In this document: positions 11,925 to 22,800 of the stretch, piece by piece
How positions within the stretch are numbered: the stretch's first letter is position 1
How the letters are laid out: each line of letters starts with the position of its first letter
NCBI RefSeq assembly: GCF_018350175.1
Contig: NC_058383.1
Span: 23,004,001-23,068,000 of the forward strand
Direction: 5' to 3'
Source of the DNA: Felis catus
Lineage: Eukaryota
DNA: 64,000 nucleotides
Position numbers and translations under genes: made by a program
Notes under the pieces: model-generated
What the model was told of the DNA's origin: nothing
Database searches by the model: none
The model's input: only the letters and a program-made list of their open reading frames with translations

Positions 11925-13900
11925 AACCAAACAAATATATGCTCATCACTGTTGATGCCCAGAGGGCATTTGGTAAATTTCAAGATCCATTTCTGATAAT
12001 AATACTTTCTGAAGGAGGAAGAAATGGATACCACTTTAATGCAATAAATAATATATATCTCAAACCAAAAGCAAGCATCATGCTTAATGGTAAAACACTG
12101 GAAGCCTTGCTGTTAATGTCAGGAACAATGCAGGCTTTCCCACTCTCATTAATATTACTTAACAGAATTCCAGATGGGCAATTAGATGAGAAAAGCATAA
12201 AGATAAGGTACAAGTATTATAAAGGAAGAGGCCAAGTTATTATCTCCTGCATTGATATGAATTCCTGAAAAACTCCAGAGCATCAACGGAAAATTATGAG
12301 AAAGAACTAAAGTAAATCAAGGTGGCTTGTTACAAAAATAACTGTCTTGGGGCGCCTGGGTGGCTCAGTCTGTTAAGCTTCCGACCTCTTGATTTCGGCT
12401 CAGGTCATGGTCTCAGGGTCATGAGACTGAGCCCCACACCAGGCTCCTGCTGAGCATGGAGCTCATTTGAGACCCTCTCTCTTTCTCCCTTTGCCCCTCT
12501 CCCTGCTCAGAAGTTTTCTCTCTCTCTCAAAAAAACAAAAACAAAAAACTTTGTGGGCACCTGGGTGGCTCAGTCAGTTAAGCATCTGACTTTGGCTCAG
12601 GTCATGATCTCACGGTTAGTGAGTTCAAGTCCTGCATCAGGCTATCAGTGCAGAGCCTGCTTCGGATCCTCTGTCACCTCCTCTTTCTGCCCCTCCCCCT
12701 GCTCCTGAGCACACACCCTTTCCCTCTTTCAAAAACAAACATTAAAAAAAAAAAAATTAAAACAGGGTGCCTGGGTGGCTCAGTAGGTTAAGCTTCTGAC
12801 TTCAGCTCAGGTCATGATCTCATGGTTTGTGAGTTTGAGTCCCACACTGGGTTCTGTGCTGACAGCTCAGAACCTGGAGCCTGCTTCGGATTCTGTGTCT
12901 CCCTCTTTCTCTCTTTGCCTCTGCATTACTTGTGTTCTCTTTCTCTCAAAAATAAATAAATAAAACTTAATTAAAACAAAAAACCAAAAAATTTTGTCCT
13001 AGAGACAACAGAAAATATAATATCCCATTCATAATAGCAACAGAGAGGAATAAACTCATTAATATTACACAGACCTATGGAAGGAAACTATACTATTTTG
13101 AGAGACATTAAAAAAGTCCTTGTATAATTTTTAAAAGACATACTTTATTCTCAGATAAGAAGATAAATATTGTGATGATGTCAACTTTCTTTAAATTAAT
13201 CTATATAAATTAATTCCCCCAAAGGATTAAATTCATCTGATAGAAAAAGCAAACAGCCAATAAAATACTGAGAGGTATGATCCTACCAAACATGGCAATA
13301 TATTCTAAACCCATCTTATAGAGACACATCAATGAAATAGAACAGAATTTTTCAGAACTTAAATGTGTGTGGACTTTAATATGTGATAAAAAGTTACATT
13401 ATAAAAGAGTGGGGAAAGGTTAGATCATTTTTTATAATGGTGCTGAGACAGCTGCCTAGCCATATAGGGTGGGGAAAAGGCAAGATCCCTACCTCATTTC
13501 TCACACAAAAATAAATTTCATATGGAGCCAACATTACAAGTAAAACAAAGGAAAGAAATATAAAGCATAGTAGCACTAAATGAAAACATTCTAAGTATTC
13601 TTATGATTTTGGAGTGGGGAAAGGCTGTTTTCTTAATCATGTATTAAAAAAAAAATCAGAAACTTTTATGAAAAAAACTGATCAACCTGACCATATAAAA
13701 TAACTAAAATTTTCTATTTGATATGAAAACATTATAAATGTGGTAAAAGGTAAATAACCAACTGGTATAGACCAAGGAATAATGTGATTCATCTGTCAGG
13801 TGCTTTTATTAGCAGACATTTATAAAAGGAACACATCAAAGAAGAAATGGACAAATGATATGGACAGGTAAATCATACCACTAAAAGTACAAATTGCTAA
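11925..13900 (+). mobile_element. Old L1M ORF2 (RT region) fossil interrupted by a SINE trio
   Basis: YMLITVDAQRAFGKFQDPFLI and IYLKPKASIMLNGKTLEA...SGTMQAFPLS resemble L1 RT motifs HMIISIDAEKAFDKIQHPF and IYDKPTANIILNG..SGTRQGCPLS. Confidence 0.85.
12349..12990 (+). mobile_element. Three head-to-tail CAN-SINEs (12349-12549, 12555-12763, 12765-12990)
   Basis: Three cctgggtggctcagt heads, each with a (CT)-rich body and A tail. Confidence 0.93.
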
Positions 13901-13917
13901 AAAAAAAAAAAAAGGCA

Positions 13918-14665
13918 TTACCTAGTCATTTTCTTGACTGTAAACAACAGAAACTGACACAGGTTAGTTTCAGCAGTAAAGGAATTTATAGGAAGCCTAT
14001 CAGGCTAGCTCACACAATAAACAGAGCCAGAGAAACAGGCTTGGGCAGAAACCTAGGGAGGCAGACACCAGTAAGAACTTGCCTCTAGAGCAGCCAGTTG
14101 GACCCTCACTGCCACCACTGGATCCTCTGCTGAATACAGAGCCACCAGATCCACTAATTTGCTGTATTGTCTTCAACTAACCTTATGTAGATACTTCCAG
14201 AGCCAAGGCCCAAGTGGAAGCATCTGATTGCCCTTGCTTTAGGTCACCTGGGCTCTGGCAACCTGCTCCCCAGCTCCTGCCCATTTTTCACAGTGGGAGC
14301 CTGCACTGTCCTAATTTGGGATCCTTTCCAAATAGGAAGTCTGTTTATCTAATTTTTTTAATGTTATGTTATGTTATGTTATGTTATGTTATGTTATGTT
14401 ATGTTATGTTATTTATTTATTTAGAGAGTGTGTGAGCAGGGGAGGAGGATGAGGTAGAGGAGGAGGAGGAGGAGGAGGAGGAGGAGGAGGAGAGAATCCC
14501 AAGCAGGCTCTGCGGTGTGAGCACAGAACCTGATGCAGGGCTCAAACTCACAAACTGGGAGATCAAACCTGAGCCGAAATCAAGAGGTGGATGCTTAACT
14601 GAGCCACCCAGGCACCCCAGAAGTCTGTTTAGATGTTAGCTAGCTGAAACAACAGTACAGAATGT
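13918..14665 (-). mobile_element. Old MaLR LTR interrupted by a SINE
   Basis: ttttcttgactgtaaacaacagaaactgac...aaaggaatttat...gcatctgattg...ttaggtcac. Confidence 0.55.
14355..14618 (-). mobile_element. CAN-SINE with (TTATG)n tail expansion (14361-14411) and (GAG)n body (14444-14491)
   Basis: gagaatcccaagcaggctc...tgagccacccaggcacccc. Confidence 0.9.
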
Positions 14666-16166
14666 TCTACTTCATTTCTACAAATAGGGACACATTAACA
14701 GGACATCTTCTGTTCCTCGAATTTACCAGTATAAAAAAGACAGAAAAACTCAGCGCTGTCTTGGGACCGGAAAGTATGTGCTCCCCAGTCATTGTTGGCA
14801 GGATAAAACCTTTCTGGAGGTCAGCTTGACAATAGGTGTCAACATATGAAATGTGCATACCTTTGATCCGAGGTATCAGTTTACAGAAATGGTTGCAGGG
14901 ATGGACTAAGTTTGGATCATGACGAGAGTCACTGCATTGCTCTTTCTAATTTGTGTTTCCCTGGTTCAGCAGGGGTAAGCGGTGGGTACAGAGAGGGACG
15001 TGGAAGATTTACTATAGAATGTTGTTACGTTGTTTGGTGTAGGTCTTAAAACAAGGACCATCTGCATACTCCAATTAGGAATTATTTTCCAACCATGTTC
15101 TGGCCAAGCGAGGTAGGTTGGCTTTGGGGCTTTGTGGGACCAATAAACCTGTAATGGTGGGAGAGGCCAGACTGGGAAGGGGGTCATATGTCCCACTAAG
15201 GGAGTTTAGATGTATGGCTTCCAAATACATCTGTATGCTATTACGATGGCTACCTTACTAGATGTCCAATAATGAATAAGATGGCCTCTCCTGGGTGGAA
15301 ACCTACACTCCAGGGCAGGTGACAGATTGTAAGCTGACTTGTACTGTGGTAACATTACTGTCATGACTGAGAGGTGCCAAGAGAGCCTGCAGAAGGAACA
15401 AAGACAGGTTAGTTAAGCGGAGGCTCAAGGAAAGGTGTTTGGGACAGAGGAAACAGCTTGAGCAAAGGCCTACGTGTCTTCCCACCTGCCTGAGGGTGCT
15501 GAAGGAAGACCAAGACATTCCATCCTGCTGGGGACTGGAGGGCAACTCCAGCACGAGAAAATCAGAGAGAACTGTATTTTAGTGGATTCCAGTGGAAACC
15601 AGCCTCAGGTTTGCAGCTGAACTACACTGATTACATTGTGGATTTTGCTACATGCTGGCAGGAAAATATGTAAGTGGCATCCGGGCTAGGGGAGGAGGCG
15701 ATATTCAATGGGGATGAGCCCGAGCTTGCCTCTGTCTGGTGGTGCTAAGCCAAAGAAGTCAGATCTGGTAATGGGCTCAGCCCTAATTTTTTTTAAAGCA
15801 CACAGTGAGATGGCATTCCATGTGGCTTGCTTGGACCGGAGAAGAGGGCCTAGGCAATGGGGTCATATTCAGGCTAAGGCTCCAGTATAAAGAGAAACAG
15901 CATGGTCAACTTCCACTGATCTTTGACTTTCAGTTTAGTAAATTTAAAAAAGGAGCGTTTGTTAGCACCTGCTGTCTGCCAGCCATGTGTGACAGTAAAA
16001 CAAAAGCATGATGACCTGGAAAGCAGTCAGCTGGACAGTCACGTGGACAAGGCCTGTTGGTAGATAAGGTCAAGGATCGTGTACAGCAGCTAGGAGAAAG
16101 CGCAATGTTGACCAATTCCATATCTGTCTTGGGTTTAAATAGCTAGCCCTGATTAAAGCTTCTCAG

Positions 16167-16690
16167 TGTCTTAGTTTGGATTGTCCTTAGACCAGAGCCT
16201 GAGACAAAGACCTGGGTGCAGGTAGTATATTTGGGAGGTGATCCTGGAAGCTAGAGTGAGGGAGTAGAGTAGGAAAAGGAAGACAGGGAAAGTGAGAAAT
16301 CCAAGAAAGGGTGCCTTATTGAACTGGTTATGGTGGGCAACTGGGGCTCCATCCCTTTGGGAACTCTCTGAAGAATCCTGTTAGGTGCACCTTACAGTTG
16401 TCTCTCCAAAGGCTGAGATTCCTGGGAGCTTATCCAGTGACTGGTATTTCCTACTGGTTGAAGGTTGTCCCTGTTGGGGGAGGAAGAGTTGTTAATTCAA
16501 ACTCCCCTCTGGTGAGAGTTCTTTGGCTTTGCAAAAAACCCTCCGGCAGGAAAGCAAAGAGGTAAACAGGAGGCATTTGAAGTGGGGATCATCACAGTGC
16601 AATGGTTTACACAGGTTGTAGCGGTGGTTGAAATTGGAGATGGGCTCGGGGCATAAAATGTGGGGAGTGAAAAGCTTTTGCTATGCTCAA
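16167..16690 (-). mobile_element. ERVL LTR (LTR16-like)
   Basis: tgtcttagtttgg...cagagcctgagacaaagacctgggtgcaggtagtatatttgggaggtgatcc. Confidence 0.65.
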
Positions 16691-17510
16691 TTTCTTTCTA
16701 AAGCAGTTTATTCATTCAACCAAACATTTATTAGAACCGTGGTCAATGCTGGGCTCTATGGTCAGCAAAACTCTGCCTTAAGAGCTGATAGTCTTTGGGG
16801 ATTTTGAGCATGCAAGATGGTGCTATGAACATCTAAGTTCAAAATAGAGCAGTGCTAAAAAAAAAATAAAATTAGAGAAAACTAATTGAGGGCTAACTTC
16901 TAAGTCAGTTGACACTTAAGGAGACCACAGCTCCAAGACCCTTCCCACTGCCTAAAAACAAGCTAGTAAGCAAGCAAACAAACTTATAACACAATGGCTG
17001 GGTATTGTGATAAAGTGTTGTCCAACTGCTTGAAATTCCACTAAAAGCGATTCCTTCCTTTTGTCCCTCCCTCACCCATGAGTTTCATGTTTGAAAAAAA
17101 CTCAAACATGCCTGCAAAGGCCAAGGGCCATTGCATTCAAACTTCAGTATGAATGATCAGATTGCTTTCTTCCTGGTGCTCAGATGAGCTCAAGATGTGG
17201 TGAAGAATGGATATTTGAGTAGGAGGTGGGAATGTTGGTGATTTGGAGGCTAGTGCAGAGCACCCTGGGGGGTGTCACCATACAGTTCCTGTTTACTTGG
17301 TGTGGGTCACTCTGGCAAAAGCCATTTACTCTGAAATTTGTTGTAAGGTGGGATTTTTGTTTTAAAAAGGAGAAGGGTTCGCCCTTCCCTGATTTCTCTC
17401 TTATATAGTAAACAGGACTCAGGCCAAAGGTTAGCAAAAAGGAGAATCTATAGAGAGGAGGTCACAAACCAGTTAATTTTGAGATGAATGCAGCCCAAAC
17501 ATGTACTTTA

Positions 17511-17743
17511 TTTTTTTTATTTTTTTTAAATGTTTTTTTCCAACGTTTATTTATTTTTGGGACAGAGAAAGACAGAGCATGAACGGGGGAGGGGCAGAGA
17601 GAGAGGGAGACACAGAATCGGAAACAGGCTCCAGGCTCTGAGCCATCAGCCCAGAGCCTGACGCGGGGCTCGAACTCACGGACCGCGAGATCGTGACCTG
17701 GCTGAAGTTGGACGCTTAACCGACTGCGCCACCCAGGCGCCCC
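17511..17743 (-). mobile_element. Young CAN-SINE (SINEC_Fc) inserted at the tail of an older SINE (17758-17950)
   Basis: TSD aaacatgtacttta at 17497-17510 and 17744-17757. Confidence 0.96.
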
Positions 17744-17989
17744 AAACATGTACTTTAAAAAAATGTTTATTTTATTTTGAGAGAGGGAGAGAGAGAGAGA
17801 GGCAGGGAGAAAGGGGGAGAAAATCCCAAGCAGGCTCTGTGATGTCCGCACAGAGGCTGATGTAGGGCTCCACCTCCTGAACTAGTGAGATCATAACCTG
17901 AGTGGAAATCAAGAGTCTAATGCCTAAATGACTGAGCTACCCAGGAGCCCTAAGACATACTTTTCTCTTTTTTCTGCACTATTTTTTTT

Positions 17990-18272
17990 GGTTGAAACAT
18001 TTAAAAATAGGATTCCCAATTTCTCTTTAAGAAATTAGATGATCTGAGCCCTCATTTTCACATGGGAACAACTGGATGGGGTTGAGAGTGGTAGCCACCC
18101 CCCTTAGAAAGATGTTGACTTGTAGTTGCTCAGTCCCCACCATTCCTTATATTCTCCCCAACACTGAGAGCCAAGTCATTTCAAGTATTAATTGTCAATA
18201 TGATGACTGAAGCACCGAGATTCTTTGATATAACACATCTTGGTCCCTGTGATTTTATGTGGGTCTGTGACC
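17990..18272 (-). mobile_element. hAT-Charlie DNA transposon fossil (MER102-like)
   Basis: cagtccccaccattcct...tctccccaacactgag... and catgggaacaactgg...gagtggtagccaccccc motifs. Confidence 0.55.
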
Positions 18273-19182
18273 TTTCGTTTACAGGTCAAGCCTAGAGGCT
18301 TTGAAACAAATTTGGGTTTGAAATGGATACATCGTACCAACCTCAAAGGCATTGAGTTGAAAATTAAAGGAAATATTGCATGCTTAGCACAATGCTTGAA
18401 ACATAGCAGCTATTATCAGCAACCGCGGGTAGAAAGTGCAAGAGGGCAGGCAGAAACTGTGTTAATGTCATACTTTGTCATATTCCCAGCGCCTACAGTG
18501 CCTGGCGTATGTTGAATGAATGAATGAAGGTAGAGCTCAGCGGGGTTTTAAAGGCAGGTCTGCAAAGGAAGGTAATTCTGGGTATACGGTTTCACTGCGA
18601 CCACAACGTGCCACCTGGAAGACAAGCCTATTGGGGCGTGCCAGACTCGGTGATGGCGTTCGGGTAGGCGCGCGGGCGGTCCGGGTCCCTCGGGAGCCGG
18701 GCAGGACTGGCTTGCTCAGAACTGTTCAGGGCCATATCCGTCACTTCTTCCACGGTCTGGTAAGGGGCGGCAACCTGATCTCCGCACTTTCTCAAGGCCT
18801 CCGCCATCAGATCAGAGGACCGAGACCCACCCCTAGGGTCCATCCCCGGGCACGAGCCCAGCGCTGTCCACCTTGCTGGGACCGTGCCCACATTAGACAT
18901 GGCCTCTCTTGGACTTCACAAAGCGGGACCGCCCCGGGGCCGAGAGTCATCTCGTCTGGCTGGAGGGGCACATCCATTCCCACAATAAACATGGCAGCCA
19001 CAGCGGCTTCAGCGCCGGGCGGGCGGCGCCGGGAGGCGGGTCACGTGAGCGGCCCAGCTGGGCGGATCGCGCGCGCGCCCGCCCGCCCCGCCGGCCGCCG
19101 CTCGTTAGCTGGCTCGCTCGGCGGCGCTCTGAGGTGTGCGGGGCGTCGAGCCCCCCGGCCCGGTGAGGCGCGGCGCGGCGGG

Positions 19183-19233
19183 ATGCGGCGGCGGCCGTGG
19201 CGGGGCCGCGGGCCGGGCGGGCGGACGAGGTGA
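19183..19233 (+). other. Candidate uORF1 (MRRRPWRGRGPGGRTR*), same frame as the USP31 CDS but stopped 18 nt before it
   Basis: ATG 19183-19185, TGA 19231-19233; only relevant if the TSS is upstream of 19183. Confidence 0.5.
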
Positions 19234-19454
19234 TGAGCGTCGGCGACCGCCATGTCCAAGGTAACGGCGCCCGGGCCCGGGCCGCCGGCTGCGGCGGGCG
19301 GGAAGGAGAAGCGCTCCTTCAGCAAGCGGCTGTTTCGGAGCGGCCGCGCGGGCGGCGGCGGTGGCGCGGGGGGCCCCGCGGGGCCCGGGCCGGCCGCGCC
19401 CGCCTCGCCCTCGTCGGCGCGCTCGGTGGGCAGCTTCATGAGCCGCGTCCTTAA
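19233..19454 (+). other. Candidate upstream-overlapping ORF (73 aa, [10 protein letters not shown]...), out of frame with the USP31 CDS
   Basis: ATG 19233-19235 shares its A with the uORF1 stop (TGATG); stop ends at 19454 inside exon 1. Confidence 0.5.
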
Positions 19455-19878
19455 GACGCTGTCCACGCTCTCGCACCTTAGCTCCGAGGGCGCCGCCCCG
19501 GACCGCGGCGGCCTCCGCAGCTGCTTCCCGCCCGGGCCGGCCGCCGCGCCCACGCCGCCGCCGTGTCCGCCGCCGCCCGCCTCGCCCGCGCCGCCCGCCT
19601 GCGCCGCCGAGCCGGTGCCCGGGGTGGCGGGGCTCCGGAACCACGGCAACACGTGCTTCATGAACGCCACGCTGCAGTGTCTCAGCAACACCGAGCTCTT
19701 CGCCGAGTATCTGGCGCTCGGCCAGTACCGGGCGGGGCGGCCCGAGCCCTCGCCTGACCCCGAGCAGCCTGTGGGCCGCGGCACGCAGGGCCAGGGCGAG
19801 GTCACCGAGCAGCTGGCGCACCTGGTGCGGGCCCTCTGGACCCTGGAGTACACCCCGCAGCACAGCCGCGACTTCAAG
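19252..19878 (+). CDS. USP31: USP31 coding exon 1 (209 codons; Gly/Ala/Pro-rich N-terminus and Cys box, catalytic Cys codon TGC 19654-19656)
   Basis: GACCGCC-ATG start; ends ...HSRDFK then donor AAG|gtgagc; phase 0. Confidence 0.96.
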
Positions 19879-22800
19879 GTGAGCCCCGCCGCGTCCCCAC
19901 CCCCAGGAGGGGGGCCCTGCCCCCTGCGTCCCTGGGGCACCCGGCTCCCCAGGTCTCCCTTCCATTCCTCCTTTCCTGGCGGCGCGGCGGGCCAACCAGC
20001 GCACGGGTCTAAAGAGGGGTGGGCCCCGAGTCTAGGACCGATGCCACTGTTTGTAAGGGAGACTCACCCATTCATTCTTCGAGTATTAAGGGCTTACTAC
20101 GTGCCTGGCCCTGTGACGGGCCCTGGAGGGATAATGGCAATGAACAAGACCTCCTGCCTTCATTGAACTTACGTTCTTGGGGGTGGGAAAGTTGAGCCTG
20201 GGTTCAAATCCTCGTTCTGCCATAATGCTTTACTAGCATTGTGACCTCAGGCAAGTTTCTCATCCTCTCTGTGCCAGCTTCATCATCTGGTACTTACCTC
20301 ATAGGTGGTTGTGAGCTGCAAACAAGTTGATATGTTGGGTTGAACCCTGTGAGATTACCCATTTTTGACCGTTTTTGACTTACAGATTGGCACTTCTATT
20401 AGGTTCAACCTGGTATGCAAATCGCTTCCATTGTGCATAGTACCATGTATATTTGCTGCGTTTATTCTCTTTATCATTACAGATTTTAGTAAGGTGAGGA
20501 GGTAATATCAGATAGTGGTTTGAAGAAATTAAAACTTGGTGATGTGATTGATGTGTTGGCAGGCTACTTTAAATGGGGAGGGGCAGGGTTAGGGTGACGC
20601 TCTTGGAAGAGGCGGGGTTTGAACTGAGACTTGAGTAACCAGGGAGAGCCAGCCTTGAGGAGGTCAGGGGGAATTGCCTCCCAGGTATAAAAGTGTGAAA
20701 GCCTGAGAGCTTGGTGCACGTGAGGAACAGTGTAGCTCTGGGATCAGCAAACTCTTTCTGTAAAGGGCCATATAGTAAATGGCCAGGATGCAAAATGGAA
20801 GCTCTTATGTAGGTACTAAAAAACAAGAAAAAACAAACTTCCACAAAATGTTCATTGACTAAAATAAAAATATGGTGAGTGAATACTGTATTTTGTAATA
20901 TAGGTCTACTAATGGGAGGAGTGTTTACCTTAATTGGAGTTCAAAATTAGCGTTCCCTATCATCAGATTGATTACAAATATTTAGCTCTGCAAACTGTTC
21001 TTAGCTCTCTGGCCGTACAGAAACAAGCAGTGGACTAGATATGGCCCTTGGGTCCCCGTTTGCTGTCTGCGGGTGGAGCTGGAGGCGTGGTGAGCTCTGA
21101 TGAGAGCTGAGTGGTAGCTGTGTAGGGCCATTTAGGCTGCACTAAGGAGATGGGCTCTTATTTTGAGCAAAAAAGAGGGGAAGATGATTTGAGATTGCAG
21201 GAGGGATACTTTGAGGTGGGACATGGGTATGGTATTAAATAGAATGAAATCACACAGTGAGAAAGTTAATTCCTTTTCCATTCTGTCTGTCCTGATTATG
21301 CCCAAGAGAAGGTCTCAGCTTGGTGGTAGCCTGACTTTAACACCTCATGCTCACTCCCCCACCTTTTTGTTTTGTTTTGTTTTTTAAACAGAACAAGCTA
21401 AGTTTAGAGGCCTTGGCAGACAGCAGTAGCTAGGATTTAATAAGGGTATGTTTTCATTGTGTTTGTTTTTACATTTGTCTTCTATCTGTGACAAATGGTA
21501 CTGGTTTTTCATTGGTGCTGTGAAAGTGCCTTTCTAAAATTTATTTAAGTAAAAATAAATGATTTGACTAAAATATAAAATGATCTGAGGATTCAGCACT
21601 TGATTGAGGACCTACTTTGTTGAGGAACAATACTGTCAGAGTGCACCCCTCCTCTTTTAATACATGTTATTTATATTTATTTATGTTCTGTTTTTCTTAA
21701 AAAGAAAAAATGACTGCTGTTTGATCTTGGAAATTTGAATGGAAATACTTGACTGGGATAGGGACTGGAAAAAAATGAGATCAGTGTCAGAGATCTCAAA
21801 ATAAGAAAGTAGGAGAGAATGGCAACCAACCAGCTACTGTAAGTCTTTTTTCTTCTTCTCTTTTTTCCTCTTTGCTTATAGTTGCCTGTCAGTAGCCACA
21901 GCAAATTGCAAACTTTTCAAGGTCAGAACCCAGTGTTTTAAGTTTGGTTTTCTACTCTTTCCAAAATATAAAAATCAATTCCTCCAGCATTTTTGTATGT
22001 GAACATTTCCATTGCTTTTTAAAAGGTTGTCTTTTTTTTTTTTAATCCATTAAAAAGCTGTGAACAGAAATGGGTCAATAATTCTAGAAATGTGGAGGCT
22101 GATTTTTAAGCATGCTTTGGCAAAGTTGAACAGATTCTTAGAGGCCCTATTTTTAAAAAATATAATCTTCTGAACCCTTAGTAGATTTCACATTGCATTC
22201 ATTCATTCACTTCCCATTTATTAAGGGTTTACTCAATCAGTTAGGAATGCATTCAGCACAAGAAAGAGGAAGCCCCAATGATGATGCCTTAAGCAATAAA
22301 GATGTTGAAATAGCTCACACAGTAAGTCTGGAGGTAGGTGTTCTAATGTACAATGGCTTGAAGAGCTCAACAGGGTCTCAGACTATTTCTGTGTTTCCTC
22401 TCTGTTGTCCTTGGCTATTTTGTCCCTTTGGCTTTTTATCCTTAATGTTTGTCAAGGTAGGAAGGCACTGGGAAAGTAAGTTTTTCCAGAAGCGCCCCCT
22501 CAGCAGGCTTTTGCTGACATCTCATTGACTTACAGCCATGTCAGTTGGCCACCTCTGGCTGCCATGGAGGCTGGAAGGTGGCTATTTGGGTTTTCTTGGC
22601 TTAATAGAGAAGTTGAATAAAGGAGGAGTTTGCCTCAGGGGCAGCCCGCCAAAGTGTGAGGCACTTTTATTTCGGAAACACACTGTACTTGCCTGTGAAG
22701 AACTAAGTCCAGTGAGACTTGGTACATTCCCCAAAACATCACTTCTTATACTTTACTGTGCACGTAATCGTGGACGTCTCGTCACAAAGCTGATTTAGAT

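Larger units (their letters stand above)
18590..20045. promoter_or_regulatory. CpG-island promoter of USP31 (spans promoter, 5'UTR, exon 1)
   Basis: Very high GC and dense CpG against a CpG-depleted background; several GGGCGG boxes; YY1-type AACATGGC at ~18988; E-box GTCACGTGA at 19040-19048; no obvious TATA box. Confidence 0.9.

Noticed and set aside
11825..12268. 147-aa ORF with RT-like motifs as a domesticated reverse transcriptase
   Set aside because: Decayed old L1 ORF2 with key motifs altered; the start codon comes from the transduced segment and A tail
18520..19233. 237-aa + strand ORF through the promoter
   Set aside because: GC-rich artefact starting at an L2-like tail (gaatgaatgaatga); only its last 16 codons (uORF1) are plausibly in the mRNA
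19041..20004. Two 299-aa antisense ORFs over exon 1
   Set aside because: Expected from stop-codon scarcity in a very GC-rich CpG island; low-complexity translations with no domain
19879..20166. Exon 1 ORF extension to 304 aa
   Set aside because: Runs past a strong AAG|gtgagc donor into GC-rich intron and an L2 remnant; no nearby polyA signal noticed
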